Positions 36,532-48,234 of a stretch of 64,000 bases of DNA are shown here, one piece after another. The notes beneath the pieces were generated by a model. That model was not told where the DNA came from and ran no database searches. It saw only the letters and a list, made by a program, of their open reading frames with translations. Position numbers and translations under genes: made by a program. The DNA is from Okamejei kenojei (taxonomy: Eukaryota): assembly GCA_035221665.1 (NCBI GenBank), contig CM069163.1, forward strand, positions 15,748,001 to 15,812,000. The letters run 5' to 3'. Position 1 is the stretch's first letter. The number at the start of each line of letters is the position of its first letter.

Positions 36532-38579
36532 GTATAGCAAATTACAGCAGCAGCATTTCCACTGGGAAAGCTCGGGCTTCCTTTGAAGTTGGACAGTGTG
36601 TAACTTGATTGATCATTAGGAAACAGGATGGGTGTTCTCAGATTGTGAAGAAAGTCAGAAGGAATCTTTTGCCAGTTTACATGTCCCTTACCTGCTTTTC
36701 TCACTAGCACAAGCTCTCCTCCTTGTGCTTTTTTATGGAAGGCCGGGAGGTGAGGGTGGCCAATACAATTAGTAGTGCATCGATGAATGGCTGCATGGCC
36801 ACCAGAACAATTAGGATTCGTTAATAATTGTTCTGATCCTGTGAGTGGCAGTGGGGAAGAGGGCAAATTTAGTTTTGATGCAGGGCCAAGGGAGAAGGAA
36901 GTAGTGGGATTATTTTGGATTTGATCTGGTTCCATGGAGAGAGCGGGTCAATGGGATTAGTTTAGGAATACAGCAAGGCTCCAGTGCCACAGCTGGATTA
37001 GTTTGGGATTGATCCAAGTCTGCCAGAAGTGAATGTGCAAGCATTAATTTAGGCCGAACTCAAGCTATTAATTTAGGTTGAACTTAAGCTGTGGGCAGAT
37101 GTGAGCAATAGGATTAGTTTGGAAATAATGCAAGAATAAAGGGAGAGAGCAAAATTATGGAATTAGTTGGAAGTTATTCCAGTTAATCACTTAGAGGTCC
37201 ATACTGAAGCATGGTGCTAATGGAATTTGTTTTAGATTGCTATAGTAGTAAGTTTCCTACTATCTACCTTAGCCATGGCTCCCTCAGCTTCCTCCACTCT
37301 GAAGAAAACGGCTTTTGAAGCCACAGTCCCACGTGGAAATTTTAGCTTCTTGGTGGAAATTCGGGGCAAATACTTGGTCATTATCATATTGTTGTTTATG
37401 GGAGCTTGCTGTCTGGCAGCTTTCCCACAGATTAGCTGTGACTACACATCAATAAGTTGGGCATCAGCTGTAATATCCTGAAGTTGAGTGGATCTGCAGA
37501 CTGAATTAGAGCTTACTCTTAACGTTACACACTGTCCTTCTTTTCTAGATCACTCCATTAAAGACGGTTCTAGAAATGCATGGAAGTTCAGTTGGTATTT
37601 GTCGGATGTGACGCGTGATTTTAGTTCAGGTGTGAATCACTGTCTTTTTTTCCCCCTCGATATTTGTGCATTTGTACCAAGAGCTGATGCATCAAAAGAG
37701 TTAATACCAGGAGGCCAGCTTTGGCCAGAATTTTCACACACATTGCCCCGGTTCTAACTGTGCTGCCAACTCGTTTGAGCCTTGAGCCAGAGCTTTAACC
37801 TCTGGAGGCTGGGCAGTTGTCATTGTTGAGTTTGTGGGAATTCTGAGCTGCCTGCCTGCCTGCTGCTCAGCACATTGTTACACTGCCTCTCTCTGCTCCT
37901 GGCAACCACAAGGAGCCGACTTGTGAGCCCTGCTTGTCTCCAGAAATCCCCCGTCTGTGGGCATTTAGTGAACAAAGGAAATATTTGCACTGCTCTCCCA
38001 GGCTGAGAAACTGCATTACAGAACAAGGATCCCAGTTTGCTATGGAGATGTGATGATCTGTTCTGCTGGCGAGAGTGCAGGGCAGTGTTCCTTCTGTATA
38101 TTGTGCAGTGCTATTGTGAACTGCTTCAATTCCCAGAAGTACTCTTGCCACAGTCTATTTTTGTCTGATGTGACGTGTGATTTTAGTTTGTGATAACAGT
38201 TTAAAGGTTAGATAAATTCACAATAATGTATTTCCATTACACAGCATCTCTGCTGCTGTTGCAGTTTTAACCCTTGGATGTATGTCCTACTGATACAGCA
38301 ATCTCCCATAAATAACAATATGATAATGGCCAAGTGTGGACAGCAAATATCATTGTTGGGAAAAGGCTTTACTTGCACCATGTTCATGGAGTTGGCTGAT
38401 GCAGAAAAGGCCTGGTATCATTGTCTCTACTTTCTTGTCGGTACTTTCATGTTTGCAACTCCTGTTCTCTTCCGTTTCCCCCTGAACATCAAGATCTATC
38501 AAGGTCCATCATTACTTATTGTAAAGTCCTCTCTTCCTCCCAATGTTAAATCTGTGGCAGTCATTGTGAAATCATTGAT

Positions 38580-39990
38580 ACATAGACAATAGGTGCAGGA
38601 GTAGGCCCTTCGAACAATTCAATGTGATCATGGCTGATCATTCACAATCAGTACCCCGTTCCTGCCTTCTCCCCACACCCCTTGATTCTGCTAGCCCGAA
38701 GAGCTCCATCTAACTCTCTTTTGAATGCATCGAATCGGCCTCCACTACCTTCTGAGGCTGAGAATTCTATAAATTCATAAGTATCTGTGTGAAAAAGTAT
38801 TTCCTCATCGCCGTTCTAAATGGTCTACCCTTTATTCTTAAGTTGTGGCCCCTGGTTCTGGACCCCAACATCGGGAACATGTTTCCTGCATCTAGCATGT
38901 CCAATCCCTTAATTATTTTATGTGTTTCTATAAGATCCCCTCTCATCCTTCTAAATTCCAGTGAATACAAGCTCAGTCGCTCCATTCTTTCATCATATGA
39001 CAGTCCCCCCATCCTGGGAATTAATCTCGTGAACCTATGCTGCACTCCCTCAATAGCAAGAATGTCCTTCCCCAAATTAGGAGACCAAAACTGCACACAA
39101 TACTCCAGGTGTGGTTTCACCAGGGCCCTGTACAACTGCAGAAGGGCCTCTTTGCTCCTATACTCATCCTCTCGTTATGAAGGCCATTAGCATTCTTCAC
39201 TGCCTGTTTTATCTGAATGCTTACTTTCAGTGACTGATGTACCAGGACACCCAGGTCTTGTTGTACTTCCCTTTTTCCTAAACTGACACCATTCAGTTAA
39301 TAATCTGCCTTCCTGTCTTGCCTCCAAATGGATAATCTCACATTTATCCACATTATCCTGCATCTGCCCACTCACCCAACCTGTCCAAGTCATTCTGCAT
39401 CCTCTTTATAGTTCACACTGCCACCTAGCTTTGTGTCATCTGCAAATTTGCTTTTAATTCCTTCATCTAAATCATTAATGTATATTGCAAATAGCTGTGG
39501 TCGCAGCACCGAGCCTTGTGGCACCCCACTATTCACTGCCTGCCATTCTGAAAGGGACCTGATGATCCCTACTCTTTGTTTTCTGTCTGCCAACCAATTT
39601 TATCCATGTCAATACCCTACCCCCAATACCATGTGCTCTAATTTTGGCCACTAATCTCCTGTGTGGGACATTATCAAAAGCTTTCTGAAAGTCCAGGTGC
39701 ACTACATCCACTGGCTCTCCCTTGTCCATTTTACTACATCCTCAAAAAATTCCAGATTTGTCAAGCATGATTCCCCCTTCGTAAATTCATGCTGACTTGG
39801 ACTGATCCTGCTACTGCTATTCAAATGCGCGGCTATTACATCTTTGATAATCGACCCCACCACCGATGTCAGGCTAACTGGTCTATAACTCCATGCTTTC
39901 TCTCTCCCTCCTTTCTTGAAAAGTAGGATAACATTAGCTACCCTCCAATCCACAGGAACTGATCCAGAATCTCCAGAACATTGGAAAATC
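38580..39990 (-). mobile_element. CR1-type LINE, 5'-truncated, frameshifted RT
   Basis: Peptides [70 protein letters not shown]. Confidence 0.92.
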
Positions 39991-40627
39991 TGTACCGGAA
40001 TTCTGTGTATGTCCAGTATTTGGAGGCAGTTGTTGACGATTGGCGCCTCTTAAGTCGGCAGTAACTTGAGCCTTCAGGACTTGAACCTGCTGTGTAGGCT
40101 AATGTGCATGAATAATTATTATTGGTGATTGGAGATGCTGTCATTAAAATGCAGCATTCAACTAAGGAGAAACAAACAACCTGTTGGAGGAATTCAGCAG
40201 GTCAACCAACGTCTGTGGGTGGAAACCACTTGCCATTGCAAATGTTGTTTGAACTGTTGAGTTCCTTGATCATTTGTCTGTCCTCTTGCGTCTCCTCCAA
40301 CATGGGTTTTACACCCCAAGGCAAATCCTTAACAGAATACTATTAGATGAAGAGGAGGTGTTCTCCAGTCTTTCTGACCAAAGCTTATTAGTCTTCAAAT
40401 ATCAGAAGAAACTGAGCAGGCTGGTTTAGAGTGAATTAGGAGGTAACTAGGTGCTTGAGATTTATATCTTGTTTGATATGGGAAATGTAAATCTAGTGGA
40501 AAGAGACTTGCCGTTTGCAAGCACCTTTCAAAACCTCAGGATGCCCCAAAGCTCCTTGCTGCCAAAGGAGACAAAAATGCCGGAGAAACTCAGCGCGTGA
40601 GGCAGCATCTATGGAGTGAAGGAAATG

Positions 40628-40661
40628 GGCGACGTTTCGGGTTGGGACCCTTCTTCAGACT
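40628..40661 (-). ncRNA. Putative minimal hammerhead ribozyme (Penelope type)
   Basis: Minus strand AGT-CTGAAGA-A-GGGT(CCCA)ACCC-GAAA-C-GTC-GCC. Confidence 0.55.
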
Positions 40662-41077
40662 GAACTTTTTGATTTTCCAGCATCTGCTGTTCCTTCTTAA
40701 ACATGCAGCCAAGGGAAGTACTTTTTTACCTGTTGTCACTGTTGTGATAAAGAAAATATAAAACAAATGTTTCTCGCCAGAGTGTGGTGGCGCTATAGAA
40801 CTTGCTATAGCATATTGGTAGTTGAGGCAAATAGTAATAAGGGAAGGAGAAACTGGATTTTAATATGAGGGGAAAAAGGAATGGAATATATTTGCTAATA
40901 ATGTGGAAGCAAGCTCATGTAGTGCATCATCTACGGGTGAGTTGGGCTGACGTGATTATCACTCCATGTAATTTGATGTAATTGGTAGTACAACTTGCCA
41001 TGTCAATGAGAATCCCACCACCCAACTAATCAGTCTTTATTTCTCCCAATTAATGTTACCTTTTCTTTGATCATTAG

Positions 41078-41183
41078 GTTACCCAGATCTTCATATATTC
41101 AATATGCAGAGTCTTCGATGAGGAATGGTTTTGGGTTGAAGTACTTGCACAAGTTTTTCAATATTCCCTTTCTTCAGTTGCAG
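41078..41183 (+). CDS. RABL6: RABL6 coding exon 7
   Basis: cattag acceptor, CAG|gtaagt donor, 106 nt; LPRSSYIQYAESSMRNGFGLKYLHKFFNIPFLQLQ. Confidence 0.96.
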
Positions 41184-41596
41184 GTAAGTTGCTCTGATCA
41201 GGCTTTGAATTTTGTATTACAGCTGCAATGTATTTCTCTCTACATTAAGATGCTATGTGTATTGTACACATTCTTCTTAATTATTTTTTTAAAGCATAAT
41301 TAAAGGCATTAAAATGCCAAATCTTTGAAACGTCTTGGTTGTTTAAGTTCCCTCTACCCATTGTTCTAGGTTGATGGGAAATGGACTATGTGGCTAGACA
41401 GGGCTCTTGTCTTGGCATTTCATCATTTAGGCAGGGTGACAGTGGGTGAGGCAATAGGAGGTCCCATGGAAAGAGCGACAAAAGTTGGGAATAGGGAGAA
41501 GATAATATTGTTTTAAATCCAAGTAATTTTAAATCTTGGTAAGTGATGTAAATTCAATGTTAAGATAAATGTGTTATGCAAAGATAATATTGGATT

Positions 41597-41965
41597 TAGA
41601 AACATAGAAACATAGAAATTAGGTGCAGGAGCAGGCCATTCGGCTCTTCGAGCCTGCACCGCCATTCAATATGATCATGGCTGATCATCCAACTCGGTAT
41701 CCTGTACCTGCCTTCTCTCCATACCCCCTGATCCCTTCAGCCACAAGGGCCACATCCAACTCCCTCTTAAATATGGCCAACAAACTGGCCTCAACTACCT
41801 TCTGTGGCAGAGAATTCCACAGATTCACCACTCTCTGTGTGAAAAACGATTTTCTCATCTCGGTCCTAAAAGACTTCCCCCTTATTCTTAAACTGTGACC
41901 CCTTGTCCTGGACTTCCCCAACATCGGGAACAATCTTCCTGCATCTAGCCTGTCCAACCCCTTAA
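41597..41965 (-). mobile_element. CR1-type LINE 3' end
   Basis: Peptide SRTRGHSLRIRGKSFRTEMRKSFFTQRVVNLWNSLPQ; (TAGAAACA)n tail. Confidence 0.88.
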
Positions 41966-42164
41966 GATATTTGATATTTAATCAATTAAACATTCAGAAA
42001 AATCTAGGGCTTGGAAAAGATCTTTGAATTAATGGAATTAAGTGATTAAGGCGTTGCATTTACTGCCCTTATTCTTCTTGGTGGTAGAGTCCACAAGTTT
42101 GGTGGGTTGCTGTTGGTGTAGTCGTGGCCAATAACTTCATTCTAGGAAGGTGAACGGTTTCTAG

Positions 42165-42640
42165 AAAAGCATTAAAGATGGATAAGACCCCGGGGCCTGA
42201 AGGAAACTTTCCACGATACTGAGAGGAGCAAGGGATAAAATTGCCAGGGCCTTGACAGATGTTTGTATCCTCTTCAGCCTTGGGCGAGGTGGCAAAAGAC
42301 TGAAGAATAGGTGATGTTGAGCCTTTGATTCAGAAGTGAAACGGGGACAAATCAGGAAATTGTAGGTAAGAGAGCTTGGGTCAGTGGTAGGGAAATAATT
42401 GGAGAAGAATCTTGGAGGCAGGGCGTACTCGGAAAAGCATAGAACTATTGGAGATAGGCTATGTGAGGAAATGACGAAGATGATTGATGAGGGCAGGACA
42501 GTGGATGTTGTCCACATGGACATTGGTAAACAATTTGACAAAGTCTCTCGTGGTAGGCTGTTCCAGAGTATTAGGTCACATGGAATCCACCATGAGTTTG
42601 TAAATTGGATCCAAAGGTGTCTGGGGAATAAAAGGTAGTG
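42165..42640 (+). mobile_element. Degraded CR1 RT fragment (continues at ~43345-43665)
   Basis: Peptide EMTKMIDEGRTVDVVHMD..KQFDKV..GRL...RSHGI. Confidence 0.7.
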
Positions 42641-42842
42641 GAGTCATTATTGACTGTCGACTACTTCCTGAAATAGCTCAACACCAGTAGCAAGAGGTGA
42701 AGGGTCATAAATGTGAGATTAGCCAGTGACATTCACACCCATGAATAAATAAAGAAGAAAATGCAGAGTTAACTTTGATTGTTAAAAGCTTCTAAATGTA
42801 AATTGCACTATAGGTACACTACACAGGTTATTAGTAAACTAC

Positions 42843-43302
42843 CATACCTGCCAACCATTCCGATTTGGGCGGAATTCTTCCGATTTTTCCATCCCAATTC
42901 CGAATTCCGATTTTTTGTCTCAATATTCCGAGAAAAAAAATCGGAAAAAAAAACCACACAGAAACTTTCTATGTGTTTTTTTTTTCCGATTTTTTTTCTC
43001 GGAATATTGAGACAAAAAAATCGGAATTGGGATGGAAAAATCCGAAAACGTCGCCTATCTCCTTCGCTCCTTAGATGCTGCTGCACCCGCTGAGTTTCTC
43101 CAGCATTTTGTGTAACCCCCCTGAGGTCACTTTCCCGCCCTCACTGACGTCACGTACCCCGCCCCTTACTGACGTCACTTGCCCCGCCCCTTACTGACGT
43201 CACCTGCCCCGCCCCTTACTGACGTCACGTGCCCCGCCCTCACTGACGTCAGACTAATAGGATTCCGATTTTTCAATCTCACAAGTTGGCAGGTAATTAG
43301 TG
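42843..43302. mobile_element. Non-autonomous hAT-like MITE, probable 6-bp TSD
   Basis: TIRs CATACCTGCCAAC / GTTGGCAGGTA[attag]TG; AACTAC at 42837-42842 and 43303-43308; terminal architecture parallels the 9574-14089 element. Confidence 0.75.
43122..43251. repeat. 25-bp tandem array of CRE palindromes and GC boxes
   Basis: TGACGTCA at 43145, 43170, 43195, 43220 and 43244, TGAGGTCA at 43122, separated by CCCGCCC. Confidence 0.88.
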
Positions 43303-43746
43303 AACTACCATAACATTTAATTTCCTCAAGAGGGGTGTTTTACTGACAGGTCTAAGACCAATGGTGTTCTGCAAGGATCTGTGCAGAGAACATGAAAATT
43401 GGAGTACTGAAATGATAGAGCAGGACACAAATCAGTTGAAAGTGTGGGCAGAGAAATGGCAGATGGTGTTTAATCCAGACTAATGTGAGATGTTAAACTT
43501 TGGGAAGCCAACTGTAAGAGGAAAGTACAGTAAATGACAACACCCTTACGAACATTGATGCACAGAGGGATTTTAGGCTGCAAATCCATAGCTTGCTGAA
43601 AGATGCAACACAAGGGGAAACGGTGGTAAAGAAGGTGTATAGCACACTCGCCTTCGTTGGTCAGTATGAAAAATTACATGCCCAATTATTTGTGAACTGG
43701 GCCCACCTAGATACATGGCCGCATGCTAAGGTAGATACTAGTAACG

Positions 43747-44242
43747 TGTAGGAAGGAACTGCTGGTTTAAATCGAAGATAGACACAAAAAGCTGGAGTAG
43801 TAGCGGGTCAGACAGCATCTCTGGAGAAAAGGAATAGGCGACGTTTCGGGTCAAGATCCTTCTTCAGACTGAGAGTCAGGGGAAAGGGAAATTAGCGATA
43901 TAGACAGTGATATAGAGTGATACAGAACAAATGAATGAAAGATATGCAAAAAAGTAACAATGACAAAGGAAATGTGCTGTTGTTAGCTGAGGGCAAGGTG
44001 AAAACGAGTTACAGACAATGAGACTCGACAAGACAACTTTGAAGCTAGTACGACTGGGTGGGGGAGGGATGAAGAGAGAGGGGATGCAAGGGTTACTTGA
44101 ATGTTAGAGAAATCAATGTTCATACCGCTGGATTGTAAACTGCCCAAGCAAAATATGACGTGCTGTTCCTCCAAATTGCTTGGCCTCACTCTGACAATGG
44201 AGGAGGCCCAGGACAGAAAGGTTAGTGTGGGAATGGGAAGGG
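43747..44242 (-). mobile_element. Penelope-like retroelement 3' fragment (GIY-YIG C-terminus plus terminal repeat with hammerhead core)
   Basis: Frameshifted peptide SPSHSHTNLSVLGLLHCQSEAK..LEEQHVIFCLGSLQSSGMNIDFSN, followed ~220 nt downstream by CTGAAGA-AGGATCTTGACCC-GAAACGTC (43837-43870). Confidence 0.8.
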
Positions 44243-45599
44243 GAATGCCAAATACTTGAATTCCCCTTTCCTGAATTTGAAACCTGACACAATCCTATCA
44301 AGTTCACTAAGACTGTTTGTATAATCTGTGCATGGTTGGTTTGAAAATATATAATCAAGCAATTGATGATTTCTAAGTCGTCATGTGGTAGAAACTTAAA
44401 GTTTGAAGTATGATGTCAATGTCGGGGAATGTAGTACAGAAGCAACCTGACAGTAGCTCATTCATGAGGCAGATCAATTGTACTGTATCAGCTGAGCCAG
44501 TGTTCTGTCCCAATGGCCGCTATGACACAGTTTCTAGCGGGGGTTCTACATTGGAAACAGATCCAGGAATCCTTGGCTGGTTTTTTTTTCTACCCATTCA
44601 AATAACTTCTGGGTCAGTGGTGCAAAATATTGAACTTTTGTCAAAGGAGAGTTTTGACTTTTAGTTTAAGGCTATGTCAGTAAAAGCAGCAAGTCCATTT
44701 TAATTTTGGATGCGAGCGGTATCACATGTCGTTAGTATTGTGTATATTGTTCCATAGTTCTGATAAACACTGCTGCGGATAATAGTGCTTTGGGCTATAG
44801 TGATGGCTAATAAAAGCCCATGCTTTTGTTCATTGTTCCCACAAGCCCAATACAGCAGTGCTGTTTGTGAAAGAAAAACAATATTTTCTAAGTTAAGGGC
44901 TGTGGGAACAAGCAGAGTAAATTCTTAAATCCTGGTTTCCTTCCCCTTAGAATTAATATCAGATTTAGCTGCCATTTACACTGAATGATTGGCCAAAATA
45001 TTTTGTATTTGTTTAAAGATACAGCATGGAAACAAACCCTTTGGCACCATCCAATATGACCTGCTGACAACGGCCGCACATCATGCACAATATAACCTTG
45101 CCCTTGTGTAATGAACACAGCAACATATTCACAGAACTGCCATTTGCATTGTAAGACCAATCATTACGTAAAAGCATGATGAACTCAAGATACTGAAGGA
45201 GATCGTGGCCACGTGCAGCAAGGCTGGGAAATAATGTGCACACTGCACTTTAGTGGGCTCTTGCTTGTCAAAAGAAAATCCAGCTACTTCCCATTTCAGA
45301 TTCTATCTGCCTATTCCATACAGTACTATTGTTGCTGAACCTCCCTCCACCCATCTCCCCACCACAGCTATTAATTTCCAGGTGTCATCATTGGTTATGA
45401 AAACGTTATGAGCATATTAAGTCGTAGCCTGTGGAGAATAACTCGCCTCCTGATACCCAAAGGCTTTTCACCATGTTCGAGGCATGTCGGGAGTGCGATG
45501 GAATTCTCTCTACTTGCCTGGATCGGTGCAGCTACAGTAATTTTCAAGAGGCTCATTGTAATCCAGGGTTAAGCAACCCCCTTGGCACCCATTTTAGTC

Positions 45600-45945
45600 T
45601 GCATAGAGAGAGAAGGTGTAGAAACGGGTTTTTTGCCCTCTGTTTCCACACCAACCATCCTAACTAACCATTTACACCAATCCTACATTAATCCTGTTTT
45701 CTTTCATTCTCATTAACTCCCATCACATTCCACTACTCTATACATAGCCAGGGAAATTTTACAGAGGCCGTTAACCAACCGACCAACATGTTTTTAGGAA
45801 GGGGGGGAAAAACGAGCACCCAGAGGAAATTGGTATATGAACCCACATGGTCACAGGGAAAATGTGCAAACTCCACACAGACTGCACTATAGGACTGATG
45901 CAAATCTGGGTCTCTGGAACTGTGAGGAAACGGCTTCAAGAGCTG
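45600..45945 (-). mobile_element. Diverged V-SINE copy
   Basis: Antisense similarity to 6802-7113 (GTGGAGTTTGCACATTT core). Confidence 0.6.
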
Positions 45946-46809
45946 CGTCTTTTGTGTAACCTTTAAAATGTTATTTCCGCTAACTGAAGAGTCTTCAGCG
46001 GGGCAGGGAGAAGAGATAGGAGACTAAACATTTCAGACTGATATGAGAAGATTTCTTTACTCGTAAGATTTTACACCTTTTCAGACCTCTAACCAGAGAA
46101 CTGCAAATGTGCAGCTGATAAATATATTCAAGAATGTTGGATTTGGCCATGGGGGAATCAAGATTTTGGGATGGATGGGGAAAAATGCACAAGGTTTGCT
46201 TTGATCTTATTAAATTACAAGGCAGACTCCAGAGAAAGTATGATTTATTTATTTTTGGTATGCGCCCATTAATATTTGGAATTTATGTCTGTTTTACTGT
46301 AACCTGACCTTGGGTTCAGGTTCTCTATGTCCCACCTAAATTATGTAAAACTTATTTCTTGTTGAGTGTGGATATTAAATGATTGCAAATAAGAGATGGC
46401 CTTTCCCATTATTTATTGTTCTCTCTGTCTGACCCTCGCTGTTCCTTGAATATAGTTGTGCTAAAGTGGAATTTATCCATTTGAAATGATTTAACAGTTC
46501 AATAGTTTAAGTATTTTTTAATTCATATTTTCTGGGTTGAATGGCTGTGAGATGGCAGAGTTTGGGACTGGACTTCCACAGATCCCCACTAGCCTATCCC
46601 TCACAATAGATAACCAACAGAGGTGGGAAAAGTTTGAGTTAGAGCAAAGAATTGAGGCATCATCTGTGGAAAGAGAAACTGCTCATGTTGCAGGACTAAG
46701 AAAGAGCCCATTAGCAATGTTTTAATTTTTATATTGGTCTACAATGATGAAATCTGGAGCATTGAATGATAATTTGTGGTGGTTCCGGTGTGCAGTTGAG
46801 TGGATGTCT

Positions 46810-47041
46810 TGTGTCCTGATTGTTGACTGGGAGCTGGAATCGGCCATTTGACCCATCAAGTCTGCTCTGGAATTCGATCGTGACGGATCTATTTTTCCTC
46901 CTCAACTGCATTCTCCTGCCTTCTTCTCATAACCTTACGTCCTTGCTAAAGAAAAGCCTATCAATCTCCACTTTAAAAATACCCAATTTCTTGATCAACA
47001 CGACCATCTGTGGCAATGAATTCCACAGATTCAACACCCTC
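46810..47041 (-). mobile_element. CR1-type LINE 3' end abutting the exon 8 acceptor
   Basis: Peptide RVLNLWNSLPQMVV...FKVEIDRL. Confidence 0.8.
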
Positions 47042-47061
47042 GTGGTCTTCTTTTCCTTCAG

Positions 47062-47165
47062 AGAGAGACGCTGCTGAGGCAATTGGAGACCAATCAGCTG
47101 GACATTGATGCCACATTGGAAGAACTCTCCGTACAGCATGAGACTGAGGACCAAAACTATGATCT
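47062..47165 (+). CDS. RABL6: RABL6 coding exon 8
   Basis: cttcag acceptor, CT|gtaggt donor, 104 nt; RETLLRQLETNQLDIDATLEELSVQHETEDQNYDL. Confidence 0.96.
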
Positions 47166-48234
47166 GTAGGTATAAGTTCAGCTTTATTTTTGTCATCTGT
47201 TAGTGAATGAATTCCATTTGAATTAGCTCTGGATATGTTCTGAATGTGGTGTTACGCTGTGGCATTTTTTCTCTCCGTAAAAATATGCATAAAATAAAAA
47301 TTTGCATAAAAATGAAAATTTAGCTGAAGCTATGAAGGGAATATGATGTCTCCAAGAAAGAATTTGTATTTATAAAATGTCCTCGTGTGTTCACAGTGAT
47401 GCAAAGCATTTTGCAATTATTTGAAGTATCCTGCTTGGTACTTAAAAAAAATCTTCCTCAGTAAGGTTGCCTAAATATTAAAGAGATAAGTAACTGGTAA
47501 GATGGTGACAGACAAGTTACGAGGGTGTTTGTTCGTGTCAGTGCCCAGTGTCTGGGAATCTTCTATCTCCACCCCAGTGTGACTGGGACCTTCCATTCAG
47601 CACATTTTAGAAAAATGGGTATCTTTGACAGTGTATCTTTCCTCCAGTAGTGCATTGAAGAAGCAACTGGAATTGTGTGCTCAAGAGGCTGAATCGTGTT
47701 ATGTCTGAAGCAAGCTTATTACCACCAGACAAAGCTGACATTTGGACAGGTGGCGTCAGACTGATCTAGCACTGGACCTTTGATCTAACTGAATTAGTAA
47801 ATCCCTATCTGCCCATGGCTTGGTTAGACAACATGAATAGCGGATAAATGTTCACAAAGTCAATCAGCGAAAGACAGCTTACTTCAAAATATTCTTATTT
47901 ATCAAAGGAGAAATTGAACGACGACCACATGTGCTCTAGGTATTTAATTGGAATGTGATGCCAGTATTTATCAGATTGTCTCTGATGTTCCATAGCATTG
48001 GTCAGCAGTCGGTCCCAGAGTTGGGATATATTTCCAGCACCCCACCCGCACTAGAACATGACAGGGTATGTCACCAACAAACAATCCTCACCCGACTGTA
48101 ACTGGTATATCACTCCAACGCCCCACCCTTGGTAGACTATAACTGGGACGTATCTCCAACACACCACTTAGGTGCATCACCAACAGCATGGCCGTGATTG
48201 GTATATAACCTAACACCCATGAATAACCTAACCC

